From Octopus sinensis (Eukaryota): a DNA stretch of 64,000 nucleotides. The translations under genes were made by a program, and so were the position numbers. Below the pieces are notes generated by a model that had not been told where the DNA came from, searched no databases, and saw nothing but the letters and a program-made list of their open reading frames with translations. Positions within the stretch are counted from its first letter, which is position 1. Each line of letters starts with the position of its first letter. This document shows, one piece after another, positions 1-11,912 of this stretch. Location of the stretch: NCBI RefSeq assembly GCF_006345805.1, contig NC_043010.1, positions 2,356,001 to 2,420,000 of the forward strand. The letters are read 5' to 3'.

Positions 1-829
1 ATCCTGAACGACATTTTGATAATAAAAAAGAAAAAAAATGCTCTATCTTTGAATGACACTCTCGTGTTTAAAACCAGTTTTTAACAATAAGAATGCCTAA
101 AATATTGTTTCTCCTATCCACCAGTTCTATTACTCTATATAACATGTTAGAAAATAAGCCAGTGATAAAGTTTGTACACAAATCCCTTTGCCTGTGAATG
201 AAAATTTGCATGCATTCAGATATGAAACAACACATTGATGAAGTCTCTAAAAACCCACAAGAAATAAACGGTTATGCCTTTAAGAACAAAATTTAATACA
301 AGTTACATCGCCATTGAATTTGTAAAATTAAAGATGTTCATTGAATGGTGTAGTTCAAAGCAAAAAGAGCTATTGATGTTGGGTTAAAACCCTTGGATGA
401 TAAAAAAGGAAAAGGCCAAAGGTTAAGCACAGGACACAACCATGCCCCTTCTATAATCATGACAGATTGTGCCACCAATTGTGCCAGAGAAACCTTTGGT
501 CTCTCTTCCATGGAATTAGAGAGTGTAGTCTGGCAAGTGAGAAAGTCTGTTTACGAGTAGAAGAGAAGAGAGTAAGTATTGTAATCAAACAAACAAGCTA
601 GCAAGCAAACTAACACAGTGAAAATCGATGTACTGTGTATTTGGGTGGTCTGACACATCCTTTGAGGCAAATAATGGTAGCGGTATTGATACTCAATTCT
701 GGAAATATAAACACATATACACAAACATACATATATATATGCATATGTCTGTGTGTCTGTCTATCTATCTATCAATCTATACACACACACACATATATAT
801 ATATATAGTTAATCCAAACAAGAAAACAA

Positions 830-1020
830 AAACAAAAAATCACAACAACGCAAGGACGTGGAACAAATAAAGTATTATTGGACGCTCAGGAAAGAAGGGA
901 AGAAGGAGGGTTTAATGTTTCGAGCAGAGCTCTTTGTCGGAAACATAGGAGAAGGAAAGATCCCGAGAAGGGAAGACAGAGGAAAAAAATCGCCAGTGGT
1001 ACAGACGAGGTCACATAATG
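830..1020 (-). mobile_element. Penelope-like element 3' end with degenerate hammerhead motif
   Basis: Minus strand 944-910 reads GTTT-CCGACAA-A-GAGC tct GCTC-GAAAC-ATT-AAAC: stem I and stem II pair, core differs from CUGANGA...GAAAC-GUH at three positions. Confidence 0.5.
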
Positions 1021-1027
1021 AAGAGAG

Positions 1028-1061
<34 letters not shown>

Positions 1062-1067
1062 AGAGAC

Positions 1068-1360
1068 AGCATGTGGTTTAGTGGTTAAAGTATTCAGTGC
1101 ATGAATGTGAGGTCATGAGATCAATTCCCGAAGATGCATTATGTCCTTGAGCAAGACATTTTATTTCATGTTGTTCCAATTGACTCAGCTGGCAAAAGTG
1201 AGTTGTACCTGTATTTCAAAGGGCCAGCCATGTCACATTCTGTGTCATGCTGAATCTCCTTGAGAACTATGATGTGGGTACATGTGTCTGTGGAGTGCTC
1301 AGCCACTTGCACATAAATTTCACAACTGGAACTCTCGCCTTCATAAACAACAGAGTGCCA
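1068..1360 (+). mobile_element. tRNA-derived SINE, family C (other copies ~10237-10558 +, 50200-50490 +, 58365-58650 +, 61640-61925 -)
   Basis: A-box-like TGGTTTAGTGG, B-box-like GATCAATTCCC, then shared body GTCCTTGAGCAAGACA...TTTATTTCA...GCTGAATCTCC repeated at the listed sites. Confidence 0.8.
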
Positions 1361-4300
1361 CTGCCATATATATGCAAACACACACAAACACACACATATC
1401 TATATATATATGGTAGATACCAGTGTCACCCAAATTGGCACCTGTGCCGGTGGTACGTAAATGCACCCTGATATCAGGCAAATGGCACCCATGCCAGTAA
1501 CATGTGAAAGCATGTGAAAGCACCTAATACACTCTCAGAGTAGTTGGCATTAGGAAGGGCATCCAGCCACAGAAAACCATGCCAAATCAGACTGCAGTTT
1601 GGTGCAGCCTTCCAGTGTACCAGCCCAGTCAAACTGTCCAACAGATGTTAAATGATGATGATGATCACCCACCCACCCACACACACACACACCACACACA
1701 CACACACCCACACACACACACACACACACATACCATCTCTTCTAAAACCAGAGTAGTCATGTAACTCTGCTCCTCTTCAGCAAGAAACCTGTTCTGCTCA
1801 GCCCCTTTTCCCTTATACTTTACCCCTTTCTTCTCCTTATTCTCTAGCATAATGTTCCCCATTTTCACTTGGGGTTTGTTATCTTGCAAGCTGCACGGTG
1901 ACCCCACTAGTGCCAGTGGCATAAAAAGAAGTACCCAGTACATGTTCTAAATCGGTTGGCACTAAGAAGGGCATCCAGTCATAGAAACAACTATGCCAAA
2001 ACAGACACTGGAACATGATGTGGTGCATGAGTCCATTGGATCCTGTCAAATTGTCCTGCCCATGCTAGTATGGAATATGAACATTAAGTGTTATTATAAT
2101 GATGATAACAATGATAATGATGATGATTATGAAGAGACGCTTGCACATTCACCCACATATACAAAAGGCCACAACTTCTTATGCTTCAAGAAGTCTATTT
2201 AATTATGTAGTGATTACCAAACATATGCAACAGAATAGACTTCATTATATGCTTATAACTTCTTGAAAATAGGGCTCATTAGTTCAACATGGCACTAATT
2301 GGTTGGCTGCTCTAGCAATTTTCCTTTATTTGTTAAAGAATGGCTTCAGATGTATACAGGAAGCTCTTTGAATACAGAGAAATTGACGTTAAGGGAAAAT
2401 TTAAATATTTACTAGAATTATAAACATAAATTTAGATTATTCAATTTGCTATATTATTCCATGTATTCTTGAATTATCAAAAGATAAAAGTGTATGTGCC
2501 GAGCAAAGATTCTATGGCTGTGTTGTTGTTGTTTGGCTGACACTGGAATCAGAACCATGAAATAATACGAGAATTTGCTGCTTTCCAAATCTCAGATGGT
2601 AAACAATTAACAAGTAAAAATTAACAAATGGTGGCGATGGCCATGGTGGTTGCGGCAGTGAGAGTGGTGGTAGCAGTGGGTGTGGTAAAGGTGGTAGCAG
2701 AGGCAGCAGTGGAAATGGTGATAGCAGCAGCAGTGGCAGTGGTGATGGTATTGGTGGTGATGGCGGTTGTGGTGGTTGTGGTGGCGGTGGTGGTGATGTC
2801 AGTGGCAGTGGTGGCAGTGGTGGTGATTGTGGTGGGGCTGGGTAGTTGTAGAAGCAGTGGTGGTCATGGTAACGTTAGTGGTATTGTTGGTGATGGTGGT
2901 TGTGCTGGTGGCATTGCAGTAGTGGTTGTGGTAACAGTGATGGGTGCGATGGGTGACAGCCAGTCTTCCAATCAAACCAAGGAAAGTATGTTCCCATTGT
3001 TACGTTCTTTTTCCCGTTGCAGGTACAATTTTGTTAGTTGCAACGGGACAGGAGTAACACCAGTTTTCAGCAATAGGCTGGGATTTGATCTCAGAATAAA
3101 CAGGACTAGAACAAATAATGCAAGACATCCTATCTGACCCACTAACAACTCTGCCAATCCACTGCCCTGGACTTGACTTTCATTTAATGAGACCCAAAAG
3201 GATGCATGGTAAAGTTGACTTCAGTGGGATTTGAACACTGAATGCAGAGAATTAGAACAACTACCCTGAAGTTTTCTATCCAACAGGCTAAAGATTCTGC
3301 CAATTTGATGGCATAATAAATAATGAACAAGTAGATCTGAACTGAAGTCCTTGTATGACCCTGAAAACATTAAAGGTAAGCTGGATCTTATAATGCAATC
3401 CTTAAACTCAACTTTATTTTCCGATCTGGACCCTGGATATTTTTTTCCTTTTTATATGATTTGGTCCCAAGAAAAATGAAGGAGCCTGCTGGTGTCATGT
3501 AACAGGGACCCATGATAGTGGCACATAGAAAGTATCCTTTGAACATTGGGCCTCACGGAGGTGATAAGTGACCGAGACTTTTGGCAGTATGCTGTACTTG
3601 AGAAGACCCTTCAAACCAAATGAAATCGTAGTTGTAACTGATGCTGGTGTCATGTAACTAGCACATGAAAAGCACCCATTACATCCTTAGAGTGGTTGGC
3701 GTTAGGAAGGGCATCCAGCCATAGAAACCATGCCAAATCAGACGGGAACCTGGTGCAGCTCCCCAGCATACCAGTTCCAGTCAAACCGGCTAATCCATGC
3801 CAGCATGGAAAGCAGGCACTAAATGATGATGAAGATTGACAGAAAACTGAAAGGAGTGAATATCACAGTCCAAAAGAAAGCAAGACGATGGGAACTGGTT
3901 CGAAAGAGCAGCAGTTTGAGGAAAGAAGTTATGAGAATAAAAAGTCTTATGGGTAACAGGAAGTTCAACACAGAAACAATGATCTTTGGGAGAGAAGTAG
4001 ATGACATGTTTAGCATTCAGATTATTCTGTAAAATGTAATGCTTGTATATTCAAATGTAATGCCTGTATATATTATTCTTGAATTAATCAAGCATAAGAT
4101 CATAACTTTCAGATTTCATTGACGTGAGAGCTTATTTTCAGAATGACATTGTTGGGTAGGTGTGAGAGGCTCAATCTGACTGGTTTGAATATAAAACAGG
4201 AAAAATATTTGGGCCAGATATGGCTGGTTTAAGTACTAGAGGGTTAAAGGTTTAAATACAAGAGGATTATTTACATTATTTACATTTGCCGGATATTTGT

Positions 4301-4381
4301 CCTCATCTTGTTTGTTGTTAACACAACAAGAGGATACCAGGCTTAAATGTTCATCAGAGCAATGATCATGGAAATCCTTAC

Positions 4382-4417
4382 AGAAAACACACAATGAAGT
4401 TACATTTCGACACTGAG
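4382..4417 (-). CDS. Candidate 36-nt phase 2-2 cassette exon (SVSKCNFIVCF)
   Basis: Acceptor ...cttctacttggttggagtctttag| and donor |gtaagga; open in phase 2. Polypyrimidine tract only moderate. Confidence 0.3.
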
Positions 4418-4714
4418 CTAAAGACTCCAACCAAGTAGAAGAGGAGTGAATACGTTAATAGCTTGCTCCTAAATTTGATGAGGCAAGTTAAGAACCTCAG
4501 AGGTGTTAACTAAGTAATTAATTTCATTAATCTACCTATTATAAATAGCAATAGATGAACTATTGTATCATTGGGTACAGGATTCCAATAGGCCAATTAT
4601 TGGTTCCTTCCTTTTGTTTTTGGTAGCAAGAGTGATAAGGGAGTATCTGTAATTAAGTGCAGAACAAATACTCCAAAGAGCTTTCCTTATAAAAATTTTC
4701 TCTCAATGATACAG

Positions 4715-5070
4715 TGTAGTAAGAAGCTTGCTTCCCAACCACATGGTTCTGGGTTCAGTCCTACTGCATGACACTTTGGGCAAGTATCTTCTACTATAGC
4801 CTTGGACCGACCAAAGCCTTGTGAGTGGATTTGGTAGACGGAAACTGAAAGAAACCTGTTGCATATATGTGTGTGTGTGTGTGTCTGTCGCCCCACCACT
4901 GCTTGACAACTGATGTTGGTGTGTTTACATACCCGTAACTTAGTCGTTTGGCAAAAGAGACCAATAGAATAAGTACTAGGCTTACAAAGAATAAGTCCTG
5001 GGATCAATTTCTTCAATTAAAGGTAGTGCTCCAGCATGGCCACAGCGAAATTACTGAAACAAGTTGAAAA
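4715..5070 (+). mobile_element. tRNA/CORE-like SINE, family A, with internal microsatellite
   Basis: Head ...GGGTTCAGTCC..TTGGGCAAGT.TCTTCTACTATAGCC, internal (TG)n, tail ...CCAGCATGGCCACAG...CTGAAACAAG; more than 15 related copies in the window. Confidence 0.85.
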
Positions 5071-5589
5071 TAAAAGGAAAAAGAATAGTATCCTTCACCA
5101 ATATAGATAGGTAGAACACACAGACACAAAGAGACAGGAAGTTCAAATCTTTAGCATAGAAAAATTATAAATGATAAGGGTGAATGATGAAGGCCATGAT
5201 AATACTGGTGGTGGTGATGACGGTTACTGGTGAAGGTGGTGGTGGTGGTGGTTGTGGTGATTATGGTCGTTTTTCTCTTTGCTGAAAGTGAAGGGTCTCT
5301 AGCCATAACCCTTCTAGGCCCTCCAAGATCAGTGACCATGATACCATTAAAATTCCATATAAACTCTTACAGATTAACACAAGCAGGAAAGACATGTGAG
5401 GGGAAGATTCCAGAGAATGAAGATGTTCTGGGGGGAAGGCCAGCGTGGGTGGAAGCAACAAGAGTGATGAGAGAGAAGTGGAGGGATGATTAGACTGGAG
5501 GTGAGTGAGAGGAAAAGTTACATGGCCAGCCTGCTTCAAGGAATAGGGGCCATTATGAAATAGAAAGAAAAGACAGAGAGGGGACACAG

Positions 5590-6175
5590 CAAGTTTGTGG
5601 GTTAAAATGATAAAGATGAAGATGTTGTTGAAGCTGATGAAGTTGATGATAAAAATAATGTTGACAATGGCAATGACAAAAACAATGACATGAAGAGAGT
5701 GATGAAGATGATGACAAACGATAATGATGACAATGGTGGTGATGTTACTGATGACAAAGATAATGGTAATGATAATGATGATAACATCAAAGATGTTGAT
5801 ATTATTATTAAAGAGGATAATTTGGGGTCAATGGAAAAAGTACCAGTCAAGGACTGGGGGTCAATGTAATCGACTATCCCCTCCTCTCCCCTGAAATTTC
5901 AGGCTTTGTGCCTATAGTAGAAAGGATTATTAAAGGGGATAATGACAATAATGAGAAAGATAGTGATGATGATCATGGTGATAACAATGCTGCTGCTGAT
6001 GATGATGATGACGACAACAAAGATAGTGATGATGATTGTTACAATGATGCCCGTGATGATGAAGATGATGAAGATTGTTATAATGATGATGACGGTGATG
6101 ATGATGAGAAAGAGGCGAATGATGATGATGACAAGAATGCTGATGATGATGATGATGATGATCATGATCGTGATA
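5590..6175. repeat. Degenerate (GAT/GAC)n trinucleotide tracts
   Basis: Direct reading; source of the poly-Asp/His/Met/Ile ORFs. Confidence 0.9.
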
Positions 6176-6380
6176 ATTTTTTTTCTTTTTTTTTGTCTTA
6201 TTTTGTTCTCCAAAAGTCAAATATCTTCAGACAGACAACTACTCTAGTTTTTATCTAATTTTACCGTTCTATTTGTTCCTTTCTGTCTTACAATATAATA
6301 CAAATATCCTGTAACATGACAATAGAAACTCTTCAAATGTCTTGGATAACAATAGGAGGGATTGCTATTAATGGCAACAT

Positions 6381-6492
6381 TCACAAACATTTTTGTTTTT
6401 CATTTGTCTTTTTAATTCTTCTTCGGAAAACAGCAAAAGGTTTCTTCTCTTCCTCCTCCTCCAAGGAACTGTTCTCAATGACATGACTGGCA
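6381..6492 (-). CDS. Candidate terminal exon (ASHVIENSSLEEEEEKKPFAVFRRRIKKTNEKQKCL-stop)
   Basis: Protein-like acidic then basic 36 codons downstream of a pyrimidine tract; phase-2 acceptor ctag| at 6494-6493, alternative phase-1 acceptor atgtag| at 6504-6503 in the same frame. Confidence 0.4.
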
Positions 6493-7417
6493 CTAGCAAG
6501 TGCTACATTTATCTCGTTATTGATCCAAAGAGAGAATAAACAAAAAAAAAATCATAATAATAATAAAAAAAATATTAAAAAAACAACGGCTCATTTAGTT
6601 TGGGTTGGGTTGGGCTGTGATGGTCATGTTGGGGAAGAAATAAGTCTTTAATATAGAAATCTCAAATCTCAGTAGAGATGATGATAATGATGGTGATAAC
6701 AATGATAATAATAAATAAAAGATAAAACCAAAAATGTGTGGTAAATAAAGAATCTATTCACTGGAGAGAAGGAAGTCAATATATAGAAGGTCAGTTCAAC
6801 CTCTGGCTAAATATACAAACTGACCTTACAGTTAAGAACAAACAAAACAAATAAAATATAGAACAAATGATGGAGAGAAAACTTCCTCATTCTATTTTAT
6901 TTTATTCATTCTATTTTCATTTTTATTTTTTATTATATTTGTTTCTTTTTTTTTTGCATTCCTCTTTTGTGAAGATTCTGTTTTGGTCATTAACGAAATG
7001 ATAAAAAGGGAGTAATCTTTTGTTTAAGTACACCATTTTTCATTTTTTTTTTGTTTCTTTTCTTTTGTTGATTCTACAGTTTTTTTTGTTTCTTTTTTAT
7101 GCATATATTCCTTTCTTTAGTACCCACATCATCATCATCATCGTTTTAATGTCCATGTTTCTGTGCTTGCTTGCATGGGTTGGGTGGAATTTTGTTGAGG
7201 CAGATTTTCTGCGGTTGGATGCCTTTTCCATTGCCACCCTACTCCCCACCTCTGTTTCCAAGATTGTAATATTTCCCCATGGCTAGATATGTTTTTCACA
7301 GAAGACTGAGAATAAGCAACATCACTTATAAGACAGTGGCGCTTGTTTACAACCATCACATGATAACAAGAAGAAGATACATACAAATACACACACACAC
7401 ATACATACATTACATAG

Positions 7418-7450
<33 letters not shown>

Positions 7451-7859
7451 TATATATACATACATACATACACACACAGAAAACAAAGTTAGTGTGAGAA
7501 GAAGTCATGAGCTCTGGCCATGTTTGGGTATCTCATTCAAGGGTTTTAACCAGTTTTATAGACCTAAGTGCTTGTTTCTGTCTAGTACTTATTTTATCAG
7601 TTTCTACTTGTTGAACTACTTGGTTATGGAACATGACAGGACCCAACATAAACAAAGGCACCAGTTTTTAAACAGCATAAATATAAACACAGGCAATCAA
7701 ACACACACACACACACACATATTTGCATCTATATACAATAGGCTGATTTCAGTTCTTTGGCTATCCACAGATTTCTACATCAGTTATAACATTGCTTTCT
7801 TCTGAATAGTGGAAAGAATTGACTGTCATGAAAGTATCAGATAGGACACTTTGCCATAT

Positions 7860-8032
7860 GGTACTAGGACAAAATCCCCACTGAGGGCAAAATTCCCACC
7901 AGACAAAATGCAGTCAATATCCCCAAGGATATTGGTCTTTCTTTACAATAAAAATATTTTAGGAAAGTGACATTTTCAGGAGGATTTTGTCCTCAGAGAA
8001 TTTTGTCCTTGGTGGAATTTTGTCCTGATACC
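7860..8032. mobile_element. MITE with sub-repeated terminal inverted repeats
   Basis: GGTACTAGGACAAAAT... at left and ...ATTTTGTCCTGATACC at right, with about three GGACAAAAT-like units per arm. Confidence 0.65.
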
Positions 8033-8413
8033 TTGCCATATACACTCTGAGAAGATCCTGCACAGCCAATTTGGCACCACCTATTTGGTGTCCCTCATCT
8101 AATACTAGCTTATTTGGCATATGACATTTTAATATTTCTCTCATTCTGAAGGTAGTGAGTTGGCAGAGAAGTTAGCATGCCTGGCAAAATGATTATCAGC
8201 ATTTCATCCGTCTATGCATTCTGAGTTCAAGTTCTGCCAAGGCTAACTTTGCCTTTCATCCTTTTGGGGTCATTAAGAGAAGTACCAGTCCAGCCCTTAG
8301 ATCAAAGCAATTGACTTACCCACTCACACAAATTTGCTTGCCTTGTGCCAAAATTTGAAGCCAATATTTCTCCTTCAAATATTGGCTTCTTATCTCCTCT
8401 CTCTCTCTCTCTC

Positions 8414-8453
<40 letters not shown>

Positions 8454-8986
8454 GGTATCTAGTTATATTTCTATGTATACATAATGTCGCCCTCTCCCTT
8501 TCTCTCTCTCTTTTCTTCTCACTCAATCACTCTGTATGCAAATATTTTTCTGTGTGTGAATGTGAGTGTGTTTGCTTCCAGTGCCAAAATCTACTGTCAC
8601 CCAAACAGGTGGAATGTCCAATCGGCAGTAACAAATCATCAGCAGCATCCAAGCAGCTGCACTAAATCATCTCATTTCATTCTGGTTCCTTGCACTCCGA
8701 GTTTAAATTCTCCCAAGGTCAACTTTACCTTTCATCCACTCAGAATCAATAAATGAAGCACCACTCCTTGGCAATGGATTAATAGAATTCCTAGACTAGG
8801 ATAAGATCCCTTGGGGACACTTGATCTGGGTTTTTTTATATTCTGAGTCCAAATCCCACCTACCAGCAGCACCCCAACTTTTGAGGCCGGGAGAGGGGTT
8901 CTTCAAGACCTGACTAATATGTGATAGGGATCCAAAGTCAGAAGGAACAAAATGATGACTAAAGCGACATTGGAGTTGATACTTAC

Positions 8987-9040
8987 ATGTAATGTATGGA
9001 TACGGATGCAGATTCCAGAGCATTAAAAGGGAGAGAAATG
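8987..9040 (-). CDS. Candidate 54-nt phase 2-2 cassette exon (ISLPFNALESASVSIHY)
   Basis: Acceptor atttccctcttag|, consensus donor |gtaagtat; phase 2 open, phase 0 closed. Confidence 0.5.
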
Positions 9041-9087
9041 CTAAGAGGGAAATTGCCAGCTTCTGAGTTCTAAGCCTTCGAATCATT

Positions 9088-9800
9088 AGGGGAGAGAAGG
9101 GGAAGAAGGGAGATGGAAGAGAGTGAAGGAGAGAGAAGAGAAAAAGAGAGAAGAGAAAGAGAAGGGAGAGAGTGAAGGAGAGGGAGAAGAGAAAGAGAAG
9201 GGAGTGAGAGTGAAGGAGAGGGAGGATAGAGAGAAAGAGAAAAGGAAGAGAGTGAAGAGAAAGTGAAGAGAAAGAGTGAAGAGAAAGAGAGTGAAGAGAA
9301 AAAGAGAATAGAAAAGAGAGAGCGGAGAGAGGGAGAAGAGAAAGAGAAAAAGAGAGAGGGAGAGAGCAAGAGAAGGAGAGGGAGGAGAGAGAGAAGAGAA
9401 AGAGAAGGGAGTGAGAGTGAAGGAGAGGGAGGATAGAGAGAAAGAGAAAAGGAAGAGAGTGAAGAGAAAGTGAAAGGACAGAGGAGAAAGAGAAAGAGTG
9501 AAGAGAAAGTGAAAGGACAGAGGAGAAAGAGAAAGAGTGAAGAGAAAGAGAGTGAAGAGAAAAAGAGAATAGAAAAGAGAGAGCGAAGAGAGAGAGAAGA
9601 GAAAGAGAAAAAGAGAGAGGGGAGAGCAAGAGGGGAGAGAGGGAAAGCAAGAGGGGAGAGAGGGAGAGCAAGAGGGGAGACAGGGAGAGCAATAGGGGGA
9701 TAGAGGGAGGGAGAGCAAGAGGGGAGACAGGGAGAGCAATAGGGGGAGAGAGGGAGGGAGAGCAAGAGGGGAGAGAGGAAGAGCAAGAGGGGAAGAGCAT
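9088..9800. repeat. ~700-bp polypurine/polypyrimidine (GA-rich) tract with internal block duplications
   Basis: Almost only A/G on the plus strand; block starting near 9188 recurs near 9395; GGGAGAGCAA units repeat at 9620-9790. Confidence 0.9.
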
Positions 9801-9839
9801 GGAAATAGTGGAAGAAGGAGTGAGAGTGCTCTTACTCAC

Positions 9840-9875
9840 ACAATATTACTCAGGTTTATTGAATTTGAACAGGGA
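9840..9875 (-). CDS. Candidate 36-nt phase 2-2 cassette exon (PCSNSINLSNI)
   Basis: Acceptor attttgttttctttag|, donor |gtgagtaag; only phase 2 is open. Confidence 0.55.
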
Positions 9876-11028
9876 CTAAAGAAAACAAAATGCCTGACAT
9901 CCTGGTCCTCCAGTTAGTCACAGTGAGCAATACAACACAATACTCATAGCAAGAGGAAACCATGTTTATTTAAACAAGTAAAACGTGGAAGTGTGGTTCA
10001 AGACGTTTACTTCCAGGTCACACAAAACGTAGGTTCAAGTCTCACTGGATGACACCTTGGGTGAGTTTCTTCCATTGAAGCTTCCCAGTTGATCAGTACT
10101 CTGATCATGAAAGAACACCTGATGTATTGTGTGATCTGACATGTGATTAACCTCATTTTCTTCTTCTCAGAGAAACACCATATTCTGTACATAGTAGCAT
10201 ATTTATAAGATGTGTGTATATGTATGTGTATATGTGAAGGCATGTGGCTTAGTGGTTAGGGTATTCAGGTCACAATCATGCAGTCATGAGTTCAATTCCC
10301 GGCAATGCATTGTGCCCTTGAGCAAGACCCTTTATTTCATGTTGCTCCAGTCCACTTAGCTAGCAAAAATGAGTAGTGCTTCTATTTCAAAGGGTCAACC
10401 TTATCACACACTGTGTCATGCTGAATCTCTTTGGGAACTATGCTAAGGGCACATGTGCTTGTGGAGTGCTCAGCCACATGCACATTAATTTCATGAGCAG
10501 TTTGTATCATTGATTGGATCAACTGGGATCCTCATTGTCATAACCGACAGAGTGGCAGTATATGCATGTATGTATCTGTGTGTGTATATGTGAGTGTGTG
10601 TGCATGTGTGTGTTTGCATGATGTAATGCATAAATAATGAATAAAATGCCAAGCTACTGAAACATATGTAACTTGGGCAGCACTGTTATTGTCAACTCTT
10701 CTTTTACTGCATTTATTTACTGCATACTTTAAATGACTTGTATTGCTACGGAGATTGGAGCTGTGGAGTACCTGTTATCTTTAAATAATTGCTCTTAATT
10801 TTACAAATAGGATGATGATACAGGAGTAATATTAGTTTACTAATTAAATAATTAATTTATCAATCAATGTTTTCTCGATGTAGACTGCAAGCCAATCACA
10901 TGCTGGAAGCTACTGAGGTAATAACAGCAATCCACATGATCCAAACCAATTGATATATATATATAGAGAGAGAGAGAGAGAAAGAGAGAGAAAGAAAGAA
11001 ATAGAGAGAAAGAGATTTGGTCAAGTGA

Positions 11029-11161
11029 CTAAGATGCAGAGATCTTAGGAAATAATGTAAGCATGATACTAACTTTTTGTTTATTAATGAATATTTTCTT
11101 TTTAAAAAATCCCATTGATTGTACAGCTGTGCTACATGAGAACATGTACACATGTTGATGA
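11029..11161 (-). CDS. Candidate phase-2 terminal exon (HQHVYMFSCS...FPKISAS-stop, 43 aa)
   Basis: Strong acceptor tttcctgtttctctactatttccttag|; phase 1 is also open, so the frame is ambiguous. Confidence 0.3.
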
Positions 11162-11834
11162 CTAAGGAAATAGTAGAGAAACAGGAAATAAACACCAAAC
11201 AGCACCAAATAAATAACGGCAATGTAATATAGCATTTTTCTTCTTTTTCTCTTCTAATAATGGTAAAGCAGCTACTATGAAGCATTTTTGCTTTTTTTTC
11301 ACTGATATTTATTTTATTTTATTTATACCAAACTAATTCTTTGATGAATCGTTAAAACTGTGACAAAAGAAATGGAAAAGGTGTGTGGAGAAAAAAGGTG
11401 GAAGAGGTGGTAAGGCAAAAAAAATAAAATAGAAAAGTAAAAAAATGCTTTGTTCCAGAAGGTTCTTGTGAAGTGCATTTCTAATTATTTCCTCGTCATA
11501 AGGTCACAATTAATCATGGTCGTTACTACCTAACAGTAAGCACAACAAAATAAAAAAATTAAAAACACTATGCATATACATACACATAAATAAAAATTAA
11601 TTAAAAAGAAATAAATACAATACATACTATAAAAAAAGTATAAAGAAACAAATTAATAAAACATTATCAGAAATGAGAAGAAATGTATTCAAAGGTGCAA
11701 CAACAACAACAACAACAACAACAAAAATAACAAATATATAAATAAAAAATAAAATAAGAAAATCATAAAAGAAACATGCAATAAGAACAGATGAAAAATA
11801 AGGGTTTTAATTTGATGGATTAATTTATACTCAC

Positions 11835-11912
11835 AATGATATCGATTTTGAAGTATTTTCATCAATTAGAGAAGAACAGGGGGAATGGAAGGTGGTTTTA
11901 CTTTGTAATTTC
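11835..11912 (-). CDS. Candidate 78-nt phase 2-2 cassette exon (KLQSKTTFHSPCSSLIDENTSKSIS)
   Basis: Acceptor attcttcttttaatgtag|, donor |gtgagtat; only phase 2 is open; lies in a repeat-free island. Confidence 0.6.

Noticed and set aside
2628-3157. Val/Ala-rich ORF and apparent exon near 3022
   Set aside because: (GTG)n low complexity running into decayed family-B SINE sequence.
5373-5500. Plus-strand cttacag|...|gtgagt exon-like segment
   Set aside because: Stops in all three frames; could only be non-coding.
5899-6258. Poly-Asp/His/Met ORFs
   Set aside because: (GAT)n microsatellite open in multiple frames.
8570-8590. miR-96/263-like sequence TTTGGCACTGGAAG on the minus strand
   Set aside because: No complementary hairpin arm found in either copy.
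8796-9839. 347-aa Leu/Ser-rich ORF and overlapping ORFs
   Set aside because: Artefact of the GA tract, which lacks stop codons in several frames.
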